Assembly: GCA_028534125.1 (NCBI GenBank)
Contig: CM052816.1
Location: forward strand, 24,802,001-24,866,000
From: Lama glama
Lineage: Eukaryota
Direction of reading: 5' to 3'
DNA length: 64,000 nucleotides
Each line of letters opens with the position of its first letter. The first letter of the stretch is position 1. Below are positions 37,580-49,455 of this stretch, one piece after another. Both the position numbers and the translations under genes were made by a program. The notes beneath the pieces were generated by a model. It had not been told where the DNA came from. It saw only the letters and a program-made list of their open reading frames with translations, and did not search any database.

Positions 37580-38750
37580 TTCATTAAACAAATTTCTGTT
37601 GAAGTCCTTTTCTGTTCCAGGCACTCTCTTAGGTACTGGAAATATCATGGTAAAAACTGTATCCTGCTTCCAAAACTTACAGTCCAGTGAAGCAGACAGA
37701 TGAAATAAAAGTAAGAGAAGAATAATCACAAAATTGTTAACGAAAGAAAGAAGACAAACAGTGGTTAATAGTTACAATAGCTGTGATGGTGCAAACTGAT
37801 TTTAAATAGAGTGATCTGGGAAAAGCCATCTAAAGAAATTAGATTTAAGCTGTGATATGAAGACTAAAGAGTTAGCCAGAGGCACATGTGAAGGCTGGGA
37901 GGTAAGGCTGAGTTTGAAGTTTGAGGGGACTTATCAGAAGCTGTTTTGGTCAGTACCCATGAGCAAAGGAGGAGAGGAGGGCAAGAAGAGGCTGAATATA
38001 CAATGGCCTAGATCATATATAAAAATAAAACTTTGACTCCACAACCTGCAGCGATCTGCCCAGGAAACCAACCCGTTATCTACAATAAACAACCCAGGAA
38101 GCCAGCCGGCTATAAATCAGACTTGCAGGAAACCAGATTGCTATCTCCAGTGACAATCCAGGGAGCTAAATGATAACTTCTGTAACAATTGGCCCCAAGT
38201 GGCCAGGACTTGATTAATAACTGACAGCTTTTTGTTATATCCCCCTCTTCCAATTAAGCACCAACAAGAGACAGCCAAATATGCGTCCCTAACCAACTGC
38301 ACGAGATGCTTTCCTTTTAGTAAGACTGTCTGTACCTTTCCCATGCTCATAACCTTCCATTATAAAACTTTCCCACCCCTCTGCCTGTTTGAGTCTCTGC
38401 CAGAATGCCAGTGATGGTGGCTGACTCCCTTGCTATAGCAGGTTCAGAATAAATAGCCTATTTTTCTCAGTTGATTGGTCTTTATTTCCACACTTTAGAG
38501 GTAAAAGTATGGAGTTGGAAGTGTGTTCTAAGTGCAGTGGGAAACCCTGGAAGGACTTTAAACAGGAGCGTGACATGATCTGAATGACATGTTGGGATCA
38601 TTTGTGCAGGTGTGTTCTGAGCAGATTGTGTTAGGACAGTGGAAGGAATGGAGAGACCTGCTGGGAGGTTATTGCAGCGGTTTGGGTGAGAGGGGATGTG
38701 GTGAAGACTGATGGTAGGAGAAATGGAGAAAATTGGATAGATATGAAATA
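37580..38750 (-). mobile_element. L2 interrupted by an LTR
   Basis: tcattaaacaaatttctgttga...gttccaggcactctcttaggtactgg; resumes at 38493 with gtgggaaaccctggaaggactttaaacagg. Confidence 0.75.
38000..38492 (+). mobile_element. ERV1-class solo LTR (MER90-like)
   Basis: ccacaacctgcagcgatctgcccaggaaaccaacc..., TATA-like tataaaa, AATAAA at ~38448, ends ...ttccaca. Confidence 0.7.
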
Positions 38751-39402
38751 TATATATTTGAGGGAAAATCATTTGTTTATAGGAATAGAAAGTAAACAGT
38801 GTGATGTTCAAGAATATCTGTCCAAAATAGTTACAATTAGAGAGTACAGGGGAGTTAGTGTTCATGCATCATGTGGCATCTAAAACAGTCCTGCATCAAC
38901 TCATGAAGTTAAATTTTAGGAAGCTCAGATTTCCATGTTTGATCAGATTTTTACTTCCTAATCATGTTCCTTGCTGTGGTTCCATGCTTGACTCCACTTC
39001 TGTTTCTGACCTTTTCTCCAGTCCTGTTGTGGTCCTAAACCCCAGACAGTTCATGTAATCTAGAGCTCTGCCTGGAAAGGATCTTAATTTAGTACTTGGG
39101 CACAGAAACATGCCCATTGGCTCCTCTTCTGTGAAACTATTGACACAGGCCCGTGTTTTAAAGTGGCCTTGATAAATATCAGTAAGAAAGCACTAATGAA
39201 GAGACAAACTCTCAAACCTATTTTCTCTGCAGAGAATTAAAAAAAAATATACCTTGAAAGCTAAAAGCCAGAAGGACTCCATTTATACTCTGTTTTATCT
39301 TTAATTTTTGAGGATCTAAGTACAAAATGTTTATTTATTTGTCTAGACATGAGAAGGAAGATTCAGAATGAGAATAAGTCTGTAAAGGGGAAACAGGAAA
39401 GA

Positions 39403-39534
39403 GGATAGGGCATAACTCAGTGGTAGAGTGTGTGCTTAGCATGCACAAGGTCCTGGGTTCAATCCCCAGTACCTCCAATAAAAAATAAATAAACAAATAA
39501 ACCTAGTTACATACTCCCCCCGACCCCCAAAAAA
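39403..39534 (+). mobile_element. tRNA-derived SINE of camelid type
   Basis: A-box taactcagtggtag, B-box gggttcaatcc, tail aaataaacctagttac...ccccc-A; degenerate target-site duplication aaaggggaaacaggaaa / aaagaggcaataggaaa. Confidence 0.85.
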
Positions 39535-39589
39535 GAGGCAATAGGAAATGTCTGAGGAAATACCAGATGACATTTTATTGGTTAAAGAA

Positions 39590-40830
39590 TTCATTCAAGA
39601 AATATATTACTCCTATGTGTCAAGCACTGATCTTGGCATCAGGGATATAGTGGTGAATAGGCTAAATTCCTTATCTTATGGTATTTACATACTAATAAAT
39701 ATGTAAACAACATGAAAACAAATAGATATGAGACAATTTAAGTAACACAGAGTGACTGTTCTGGGGCAAGATAATGCAGAGAAATTAAATAGGGTGGGCA
39801 AGGGACCTAGCTGAGAAGGACCTAGCTGAGAAGGTGAATATAGTATATCCACAACACAAAATAAACTCAGCTATTGAAAAGATGTTTACAGAACATTAAA
39901 AAAGGTTTAACATCTTTACTCTTCAGGGAACTACAAATTGAGACTATTATGAGATACCAATTCACAACCAAAACAATGGATAAAACAAAAATACTGGAAT
40001 ACTTAATGTTGGTAAGGACCTGAAATAACTGGAACTCTGATACTCTGTTGGTGGGGATATAAAATGATATAACCACTTTCAAAACCTAGTAGATTCCTAT
40101 AAAGGTAAATATATTTCTACTCAGTGATCTGGAAATGAAAATGTATGTCCACGGTGTATCTTGTACAAGAATGTCCATAGCATCCTTAAAAATCGGAAAT
40201 AACTGCATGTCTGTCAATAGGTGAAAGTATAAACTAACTGTAGTATAATTATACAAAGGAATAATACTGCTCATTAATAAAAGGAAACAAACTGTGATGT
40301 CCAATAACATGAATGAATCTTCAAAACATTAAGTTGAACTAAAGAAGCCAGACACAAAATAATATATCCTGCATGAACCATTTACATGAAATCCAAGTCT
40401 AGGCAGTAGTCTTCTAGGGTAATAAAAATGAGGAAGTCAATACCTCTGAGGCTGTTGGTGGTGATAATTGACTAGAAAGAGGAATGAGGGAAACTTCTAG
40501 GGTTGAGGATGGTTATGTTTCATATTTTGATTTAAGTCTTTGGTATGTAGGTGTATAAAAATGGCCAAAGTCACTGAGCTGTGCGTTTTTATTGCATATG
40601 AAATAGTCTATTAGCACAATAAAACCCTATAAACTAAAAGTAGATTTGGAAGAGAAAAAATGATTTTAATAGGAGAAAATTCTTCCTATATACTGTCAAT
40701 AAGTGAGAGCTACAAATTTGAATATACAGTGTAATCTAACCCTAATCCATGTAAAATGCTAGAAGAGGAGCAGAGGAAATATACTGGGATGTTAATCATA
40801 ATTAACATTGTTGCTGGTAGGATTATGGGT
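39590..40830. mobile_element. L2 fragment (39590-39840) followed by L1ME-type 3' end (+)
   Basis: tcattcaagaaatatattac...tatgtgtcaagcactg; catgaatgaatcttcaaaacattaagttgaactaaagaagccagacacaaaa. Confidence 0.75.
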
Positions 40831-41954
40831 GAGTTTTATTAAACATGATAGGTAGTCGATTAGATAATTTAAAGCAGAGAATCAAAAGAAAAAATACATA
40901 GCCTAAGTATTATATTTTATTTAAACTTTCTACCAATAAATGTTCATTTATTTATCTGCTTCCTGAATTTTTCTTAAAAGATGCAGGCTTTTTTTTTTTT
41001 TAAGTAAAGTTCTGCTAATTGGAGTTCCCTTTTTTTTTTTCCTTGTAAAAACTATTTTGGTTTGGCTCCTTTAGAAAGGATTTAAAGAGGTTTGGAAACA
41101 ATCTGAATGCAGATTATTATGATTAAAAAAAAGTTATTATACCCACACTTAATTCAACAGCAAATTTTAATTACTTACCTTTATCAAGTCTTTCCAAAGA
41201 ATTCAAATTATTTTCATAGACTCAATAGCTCTCCTTTCATACTCATATTTTCTTGGTTTATGTGACATTTAATTACACTTCATAAACGCATTAATAGGTA
41301 CAACTGGCATAAACGAGCTTATGAATAAATAACCTTATTCTGGTAAGCATACAAATCAACCAGTGAGAGGAGGCATTACAAATATGTCACATAAAGACTC
41401 ACCAGCCGCAAGCAAACTCACTATCCCCTGGACTTCAGTTCAGTCTGCTTTACAGAGAAAATGGAGAGTGGTGAATAATCCAGCAAGTCTGCTAAATGGG
41501 TATCGGTTAAGAAAACTTCTACTATTCCAATTTCACACAATGTCATATGATTTTCTAATCAGGAAAAGCAAGCATTTACATTATTGAAAGCAAATATTAG
41601 TAGCAACAAAGCTAATAATACAAGTGAAAACCATTTTAAAAATGATTATTTGAACGAATTTGGTAAATTTTGAAATTTTGTGAGATTACTGCATGTTCTT
41701 AGGACTCATTTGACATATTTTTGCCTCTGAATTTTGGGAAAGGGAGATGCATAAAGAAAAATATTGGAAAATTCTTTAGAACCTGAGTTGAGATTCTCCC
41801 AGGAGGGGGTGTTGAGGCTCTACACTGAAGACAGCTTTGGGATGATGGCCTTTAGGAAGTATAAAAACATATCCTTAGCCCAGGGATAGTGGGTGAACTT
41901 GAACCTAGCCTGCACCATAGCAGAAGGACATGCTAAGAAGTGAGGAATAATCCA

Positions 41955-42160
41955 TGGTAGAAATTGGATGGGCTTTGGGAGTAGACATCTGGGGCTTGGC
42001 TTCCCAGCTCTTCCTGGACTTTAGGAACTTCACATTTATAACCCTGAAGCATGACCTATAAATTTCAAGTATTATTATCCAACGTAGAGGTGCTATGGTA
42101 AAGATAAAATGAGATCGTTTATCTAAAGGGTTAGAAAAATGTCAGTGCACTGGAAATGTT
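41955..42160 (+). mobile_element. MIR SINE
   Basis: gggctttgggagtagacatctggg...aagataaaatgagat. Confidence 0.55.
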
Positions 42161-42399
42161 CTGAAAAAACCATTCTCATCCCCAAATCCTACTCCATCCT
42201 AAATATCCTTTAAAGGTATTATTTGAGGCAAATTGGTGGTCTTAGGTGTTTTATTTGCACTGCTTATGTGAGGTTATCCTCCACGTGTCCCTGAGAAATT
42301 CAGGTGAATTTTCTCATTGCTTTAACTTATGAAAACAGGAATTGTTGAGGGGGAGAGAGAAACCAGATAGTGTGCAATCTGTTTCCTTTCTTGCCTCCT

Positions 42400-43810
42400 G
42401 TTTACCGATCAACTCAGTGTGCTACTGAGGCTTCTGCTGCCTCCACTCCTTAAAACTCTCCCTAGCCCAAGTAGGATTTAATGACCTCCTGTTACTAAAT
42501 CCTGTGAACACTTAGTGCTTATCTTACTTCCCTTTACGGACATTTGAGACATTTGATTACCCTTATCTTCTTGACACTTTCTGTTCTTTTGGCTTGCATA
42601 ACAACTCTTCTGCTTTATTTCCTGCCCTCTCATGGCTAAATTTTAATCTCCTTTTGTTGACAGTGCTTTTGTGGCCCATTTCTTTAATCCTGTTATTTGC
42701 TAAGCTTCCTTTCTAACTCTAACATGTTCTTTTCCTGAATGATCATACCTGTTCCCCTAGCTTCTGTGGCCACATGAATTCTTTTTTTTTTTAAATATAT
42801 TTTTATTGAAGTACAGTCAGTTTACAATGTGTCGATTTCTGGTGTACAGCACAATACTTCAGTCACATAGGAACATACATAACATTCATTCTTATATTCT
42901 TCTTCACCATAGGTTACTACAAGATACTGAATATGGTTCCCTGTGCTATACAGTATAAACTTGTTGATCTATTTTATATATATTAGTTAGTATCTGCAAA
43001 TCTCAAATTCCCCCCAGTTTATCCCTTCCCACCCTGTTACCCCTCTGGCAACCGTAAGTTTGTTTTCTATGTCTGTGAGTCTGTTTCTATTTTGTAAATA
43101 AGTTTGTTTGTTTGTTTCAGATTCCACATATAAGTGGTATCATGTGGTATTTTTCTTTCTCTTTCTGGTTTACTTCACTTAGAATGACATTCTCCAGGTT
43201 CATCCATGTTGCTGCAAATGGCATTGTTTTACTATTTTTTATGGCTGAGTAGTATTCCATTGTATAAATATACCACAACTTTTTTATCCAGTCACCTGTC
43301 AATGGACATTTAGGTTGTTTCCATGTCTTAGCTATTGTAAATAGTGCTGCCATGAACATAGGAGTGCATGTGCCTCTTTGAATTAAGGTTCCCTCTGGAT
43401 ATATGCCCAGGAGTGGGATTACTGGATCATACAAAGCTCAGTGTGAACTAGAGATTAACTTTAGAATTTAAGATCCCTGTGTCTCCCTACCTACTGGGTT
43501 TCACAACAAAGTGTCTCAGTGGGTAAATTAAAACATGTTCTCATTTCTCAGCTCCGTCTCCATTCTCCCACTTTATGAAAACAGGACTTCTTCCTGTATC
43601 CTTTATTTTGCTGAATAACAAATCAACAAATGAGTAGCCAAGACAAAAATCAGAGAGTCCTTAATCTGTGACTCAACAATTGATCAAAAGACAAAATTAA
43701 TTACTTCTTTTATACCTACAGTTGTTCACTATTTCAGGTGTCCACTTAACTTCAGTGAACTCAGCAGTATATTCTGATTATCATAAACCAATCGCTTCCT
43801 CACCCCAAAC
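42400..43810 (+). mobile_element. L2 interrupted by a young L1
   Basis: aatgacctcctgttactaaatcc...tgcttatcttact...catttgagacatttgattac. Confidence 0.6.
42782..43432 (-). mobile_element. Young L1 3' end, 5'-truncated
   Basis: Poly-T, then 3' UTR; ORF 43117..43434 is an intact ORF2 C-terminus (YDPVIPLLGIYP...TCTPMFMAALFTIAKTWKQPKCP...PFAATWMNLE). Confidence 0.95.
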
Positions 43811-44084
43811 TCTATACCTCTTCATTTTAATTTCTTGTTTGTTTGAATAAGAGTATTTAAGGACTCCAAGAAGTCTTGTTTAACACATTGGCATTGTTTT
43901 CTGTGTGTGCAGCAGAATTAACTGGTTTGCACAACAAACACAGCTATGTAAAAGACTATGATTATATGTTAACGATTTCTGCTTTAAAATAAATAGCTTG
44001 GCAACTAGCTCTACCCAAGGAACTGTTTACCAATTTTATACTGGAAAAAAAATAAGGTAACCGGCAGATACTCATGAAATTCAT

Positions 44085-45310
44085 TGGTCCTTCCCCATAC
44101 GACATCACCCAGAAGCTAGAAGACAGTATCTTGTAAATTTGGTATATACTCTTACATGGCACTAAATATGCTCTAAACCACTGACTAATGTATGCTCTGT
44201 ATCCTATTTCCAAATACACAGAACCATGATTGCTATGGGCTGAATTTTGTCCCCCTCTCAAATTCATATATGGAAGTTCTTACTCCCAGTACCTTAGAAT
44301 ATGACTGTATTTGGAGATAGAACTTTTAAAGAAGTAATTAGGTAAAATGAGTCCAAGTGACTGACGTCCTTATAAGAAGAGGAGATTAGGATGCAGATAT
44401 ACACAACCTGAAGCTTCATGGTCATAAGGGCCAACTAGGAAAGCTCTTTGTACCATAAAAGTTTCTCTTGCTCTTGGGTATTCTCCATGTTAATAGCCTG
44501 TCAGGTTACTCAGAAAATAGTTTTAAACATCATAGTTATTTCTAAAACCCAAAGAAGACCCTTACATTTCTGTGCCACTTAGTAGACAGTAAAATGTGTC
44601 ACTTCTGGATACATAGGAACTTTAGTATGATGGCATGTCTTGAATTTTCTTTATAATTATCTTCTGAATTTAGAACACAAGTATTAGTCTAAGATGTCTA
44701 GAGTACTTGCTGCCTCCTGCTCTCTGAGTCCTATCAATATGATGCTGTTAATTTAGTGGAGTGGTATAATAAACTATGACAAATGAGACAATTGAAGTTT
44801 TTGCAGACTGAATTATGACATAAAGCCAGAGAATTGATCAATCTTGACACCAGATCGTATCCCTGTACCATTGTCTCTCTATATATTTTCACTTCGAGAT
44901 CAATAGCATGTTCCAGGACACGTGCTCATTTGTTTGAGTAAAGAGGCCTCATCTTGATTTGTAGCAGATAAAGTTTACACAGTAATCCACTGTAATTTTC
45001 CACACTTTGTTTTTTCCACAGTGGCCATGCATGAATTTTTTGGACTTTCCTGCCATATGTGCCCCATGCCAGCAGGAGAGGCTAATCCTGAGACTCAGGA
45101 GGCTGGCAGAGACTAGGGTGGCCGTTCAACAACATTGTACCAATGACCAATGTATGCTCTGTCATCTCCATATCCAGAACACAAGAAACATGTCTCAAGT
45201 GGCACAAGTGTGAACAGTACATCTCATATTACATTAAATGATTCATAAACATTTTGCTTCTGTCCCTATAATTTTTGGCTTTGCTGGTTTAGAAGTCTTA
45301 GTACACAGTG
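44085..45310 (+). mobile_element. ERVL internal (integrase) fragments with an inserted MLT1 LTR piece (44231-44405)
   Basis: IHWSFPIRHHPEA, YALNH, CAPCQQER and FAGLEVLV resemble ERVL pol. MLT1 start tgctatgggctgaattttgtcccc. Confidence 0.7.
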
Positions 45311-46269
45311 GGTATGAAGGAACCTGAATTCAGCAATCTCAAAGTTCCCAACTCTTGCAGCCCACTGATTCTTCTCCAGGAAAAAAATTCAAAGACTGGC
45401 TTAATTAATATCTCCTACTCCAAAGTCAGGTGGAATGTAATGGGTTCATACCTGATGCTTGATCTTTTTGCTTATAGTAGACCATTTCAGTTCTCCCACA
45501 GATTTAATTGCTTTTGCATCATTACATAAATCTAGGAAGCTTGAATATCTGATATTCTAGTTCACAGGAGAATATTAGAAGCAGCACATCAGAAGAGGGG
45601 AAGGGCTGCTGGAAACAGCACATTAATGGCATGAAGAAAATTAAAGAAAATGACTGATAATCTTACAGTAATGGACAAGAAAAATATTGCTAATACAATA
45701 TAAAAATTCAACTATGTGTTCTAAATACTCCGCAATGAATAGGTATTAATTTTATATCCATAAAAAAGGTATTATAAAAGGCTTCTCCTAAAGGCTTCCC
45801 GATACTTCATATTTAGGAACACATTCTTTAGTTGTTATTGAGATATGTAGAGAATAATACAAAGTGAACGTTGATGATTGTGATCTCGGTACATGAAGCA
45901 TCAATTGATTACATTTATTACATTCTGTGTAATAGGTCAGTGAAGAGTGAAATATATTTTTAGATGCTTTGTTCAAGAAAAGTTCTTACAAATATTTTTG
46001 AGATTTAAGGGATATTTTAATTTTATTTTGTGAAATGTGCTTGTGTGAAGTAGTTCACTCTCCAATAATAATGGATAAAAGGGTATGTTTGTTTTTACTA
46101 AATTCTTAATGAGCTTTACTAGACCTGGTTGTGTAGGAGAGGGACTGCACTGGAGATAGCTGTATACAAAAAAAGTTGGGTGAACAAGATATATTTAAGT
46201 GAGAAGATAAACTAACAATTCTAGGATGTCTATAAAAATAGGCAATTGGGTAACACAGTTAGTAAATGA

Positions 46270-46675
46270 TGTAAGATTAGTTAGGATGTAGATTTGGCTG
46301 CTGTGATAGAAGTCTAAAACAACAATGGCTTAGCAATATAGAATTTGTTTCTCTTACATAAGCTCCTATGGCAACTCCACTCTGCAAAGTCATCAGGTAT
46401 CTCTTTTTGTGTTCTGACATTCTGATGGTTTTACTCTCACCCATATGGTCCAAAATGGTATGCCCCTTCTTCGAAAGTGTGTGACCCAGAAGTTAAACAC
46501 ATTATTTTCATTCATATTCCACTGGTCACCACTTATGCTTACCAATGAGAGAGGTTGGAAAGTACTATCTTTCACCTGGGTGTTCATGTGCTCAGTTAAA
46601 AACTGGGAGTTCTGTGTTATGGGAGAGAAGAGGAGAATGGATATTGGAGGATGACACTAGCAGTCTGTTCCACAG
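46270..46675 (-). mobile_element. MLT1J-like LTR
   Basis: ttagttaggatgtagatttggctgctgtga...aacaatggcttag...atggatattggagg...ctagcagtctg. Confidence 0.75.
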
Positions 46676-46689
46676 TTATGGTCCTAGAT

Positions 46690-47400
46690 GATTAAGAAGC
46701 CTTAATGGACAAGTGAAACTTGAACTTTGATGGGTGAATGACATCAGGTTTGAATCAGGTGAGCAGCATGAAAGTGAGCAAGGGATGGGGGAGATGCTGA
46801 CAAGTTTGTATATGTTGAGACCAGTGTATCTGTAGAAATATTGGAGCAGAGAATTGAAAAATAAAACTGGAAGACAATTTGGGTTTCTATTACAGAGGGC
46901 TGTGAAAGAAGATTAAATAGTGTATACATTTTTCTAATTCTTGGCAACACTATGATGTTCTAAACAGAGCAAAGGTAAGATGGAAAATTACTTCAGTAAG
47001 ATTGACTCTGATGTGTTCTTTGGCCTGATGAAGATGGGGTGGAGTGTTCTCTCTTATATTGAGCGCCAGTAGATCAGGTATGGACAGAGAAGGATATGAG
47101 TTTCAGAAATAGACTGGAAAAGACATGAGGTGTTTTCTGAATAGAGAACTGGTGGGCCTTACTCACTGCCCTCTATTTGGAGGGCAAAGTAGATATTGGA
47201 GTCAATGATGCCTTAAAGATATTTAGCCTCCTTGGCTGTGGAAAAGAGAAGACTAGAGGGAAGCCAATTTTAAGAAGAATATTAGGAGCTCAGCTTTAGT
47301 TTGGAGTGGGTGTACATTATCCGAGAAGAAACATCAAGAAAGAAATTAAGGATATAAGGTGGAGATGCGTAGGATGTGTGAAAACAATAACTCCATCATT
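46690..47400 (-). mobile_element. Degraded L2
   Basis: ttggagtcaatgatgccttaaagatatttagcct...gagctcagctttag. Confidence 0.5.
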
Positions 47401-48908
47401 AGTCAGATGAGATGGAAATAGTTATTCTGTACAAAAGGCTGGACTAGAAGGAGCGTGGGCAACTCTCTAATGCTCTTTGTAAGCTCCTGCGCCCAAGGAC
47501 AGAAAATTTAAAAGATTATGATGTTTGCACACAGCAGGGAAGATGAAAATCACATTTAGATGTAAAAGAGGCAGGATCCTGAAGGCTGTTAACATGGAAA
47601 AAGAAGATGGCAAGCTGGTGCTGTGCATCATACCTTTCCAAGCCCCCTCACTTGACCACACTTGAATGATGATGGTATCTTAACTTCAGAGCAGTGCTGT
47701 TCTGCCTGAGATATGGATCAGAGAAGAGCAGTAGAAGAAAAGCTGTATTCCCAGCCCCCTTTGATCTGCTTTGGTGAGTGCTTGGCCAAGAGACTTTGAG
47801 GCTTGCAGCAGTTACCTGAACATCATCCACTCATACCCCCTCCTCCCCTGATGGGTGCTTTTGACACACACACTATAAACTAGGGACTGTCTGTGCTGCA
47901 GAAAACTGCTGTAGAAGCAATTCTTGATGATCTCAGCCCAAAATTGATTAGAGAAACATTTGTGGTAGGATCTCTAGTCACTTATCCTTGATTCTCTAAC
48001 AAAAAAGGCCTAAAAACCAGACTTTATGGTAGAAATTATAGTGTTTGATAATGAATAGCCACCTAGATATGATGTGACATGTATCTGATACCTGTACTAT
48101 ATAATGTTTTGAAAATCCTGAAACAATTAGGAATGAGGAAAGACCTCTGTCTTTGAGGATTTCGGAGGAGGAATTGTGGACTTAAACTTTGTAGGTTTCA
48201 CCAGCATCACCACAATGCATTAGTGTCACTAGATAGAAATAGACATATAATCTGTAATTTTGGAAGGCCAATTAATATATATAAATGTAATTAATTATTT
48301 TCTTTCCTTCTGTTGAGCTTTAGCTTTGGTTTAACCTAATGGAGAGGAGGGAATTCAGCAAACCCATTCCTGAAGTTCCTTCTTTTAGCATCTTGTGAAG
48401 CCTCTTAATCTTCAGAGATGCTCTTAATGCCTAGCATTCAATCAGAGGACAAACTACCATGTGTGCAAAAGGAAATTTGGGATCATAGAGGATCCATGAG
48501 ATGCACACTCCTCTACCTTTACTTCTTCTACCTTACTGAGTACTCTCTACTTAGGTGTTTCCTCTCTTCCCCAAAACGAGTGTCTTCCGTGCAGTGTAAA
48601 GGCTAATATATAGCCTTTCTGTGCCATCTTTTTCACCTGCTCTCAAGGATAAACTTTTATCAACACCTTTATACAGTTGAAAATAACTGGTAAGGTTTAA
48701 TTGACATTTATTTTGAAATTTACATACCATCAAGAAATAAACATTAGATGAAGCAATTAATTACTAATTGTGGCATTTCAGGAATCAGCTGGCTGGAAGA
48801 ATTTTGGAAGGGGTGAAGTGAGCAGTTGCTCTGTGTCCCTAGAACTATACCATGATTAGGACTCTTCTGTTTCTAAGACCAAATCAGAGGAAAATGAATA
48901 CTGATGTG

Positions 48909-48956
48909 AATAATAATAATAATAATAATGATAATAATAATAATAAATAATAATAA
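48909..48956. repeat. (AAT)n microsatellite
   Basis: Seen directly. Confidence 0.95.
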
Positions 48957-49145
48957 AAAATAAATGGAAACATAGTGGATCAAGAAGTAAGTTAAGCGAA
49001 GTTCAAGGTTCTGATTATAAAGTAATAGTGAGAATAATTTTGATCTTTCTTTCTCTCTCTCCATGTATGTATGCTGTCTTTTATGTCTTTTTTGTTTTGT
49101 CTTCTCTGAAAAGCATCTCTAAAGAGCATGTGTGATGTCTTGTAC

Positions 49146-49200
49146 CTTGCCCATACCACAAGCAGCAACTGAGTATAAAGGGGATCTTCCGAGTTCTCAT
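49146..49200 (-). pseudogene. Exon 1 coding part: signal peptide MRTRKIPFILSCCLWYGQ + G (phase 1)
   Basis: ATG with A at -3 (ggaaaATG), basic N-region followed by a hydrophobic stretch, 55 nt long, donor AAG|GTACAA. Confidence 0.55.
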
Positions 49201-49344
49201 TTTCCGTAACTCTCTCTGGGAATGAAACTGCACACACACTAGTCTGTCAGATGTGAGCAATCCACACTTCTCTCAGCAGCACTGAAAGACAGCCCTACAA
49301 ATCCTGCCATTACACCAGAAAAACCAAATGTGGCTGCTCCTGCC

Positions 49345-49455
49345 TTCTGAAGCTGGGCAGTTTGGAGTGATGAGTTTAAATATCTGAATATCTGAGAAGA
49401 ATTTGCCCAGAGTTGAACAAAGTTTTGACCTTCACACAAGAGCAAGCAAACATTC
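49345..49455 (-). promoter_or_regulatory. Candidate core promoter of the pseudogene
   Basis: On the minus strand: TATTTAAA at 49382-49375, Inr-like TCAG at ~49350, AGGTCA half-site at ~49431-49426, forkhead-type TGTTTGC at ~49452-49446. These lie ~150-250 nt upstream of the ATG. Confidence 0.4.

Larger units (their letters stand above)
2043..49350 (-). pseudogene. Putative unprocessed pseudogene of a large secreted protein with PA14-like segments; identity unknown
   Basis: Chain of minus-strand exons with AG/GT boundaries and compatible phases (49200-49146, 31798-31701, 27027-26823, 25148-25048, 23419-23215, 19023-18932, 17935-17138, 15786-~14830, 9922-~9650, 8232-8144/7953, 2626-2043). All lie in gaps between recognisable repeats; most contain stops or frameshifts. 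Confidence 0.65.

Noticed and set aside
39403..39477. tRNA gene
   Set aside because: Has a SINE tail, degenerate target-site duplication and decayed CpGs; it is a tRNA-derived SINE.
39803..39834. 15-bp tandem duplication ggacctagctgagaa x2
   Set aside because: Ordinary slippage inside an L2; not an array.
2043..49200. Naming the fossil gene as B4GALNT3/4, PKHD1L1, LEPR-like, MYORG-like or vitellogenin
   Set aside because: Only short motif resemblances (PA14 core, VSFYC, PIWS) or none; overall sequence and exon layout do not match what I recall of those genes.
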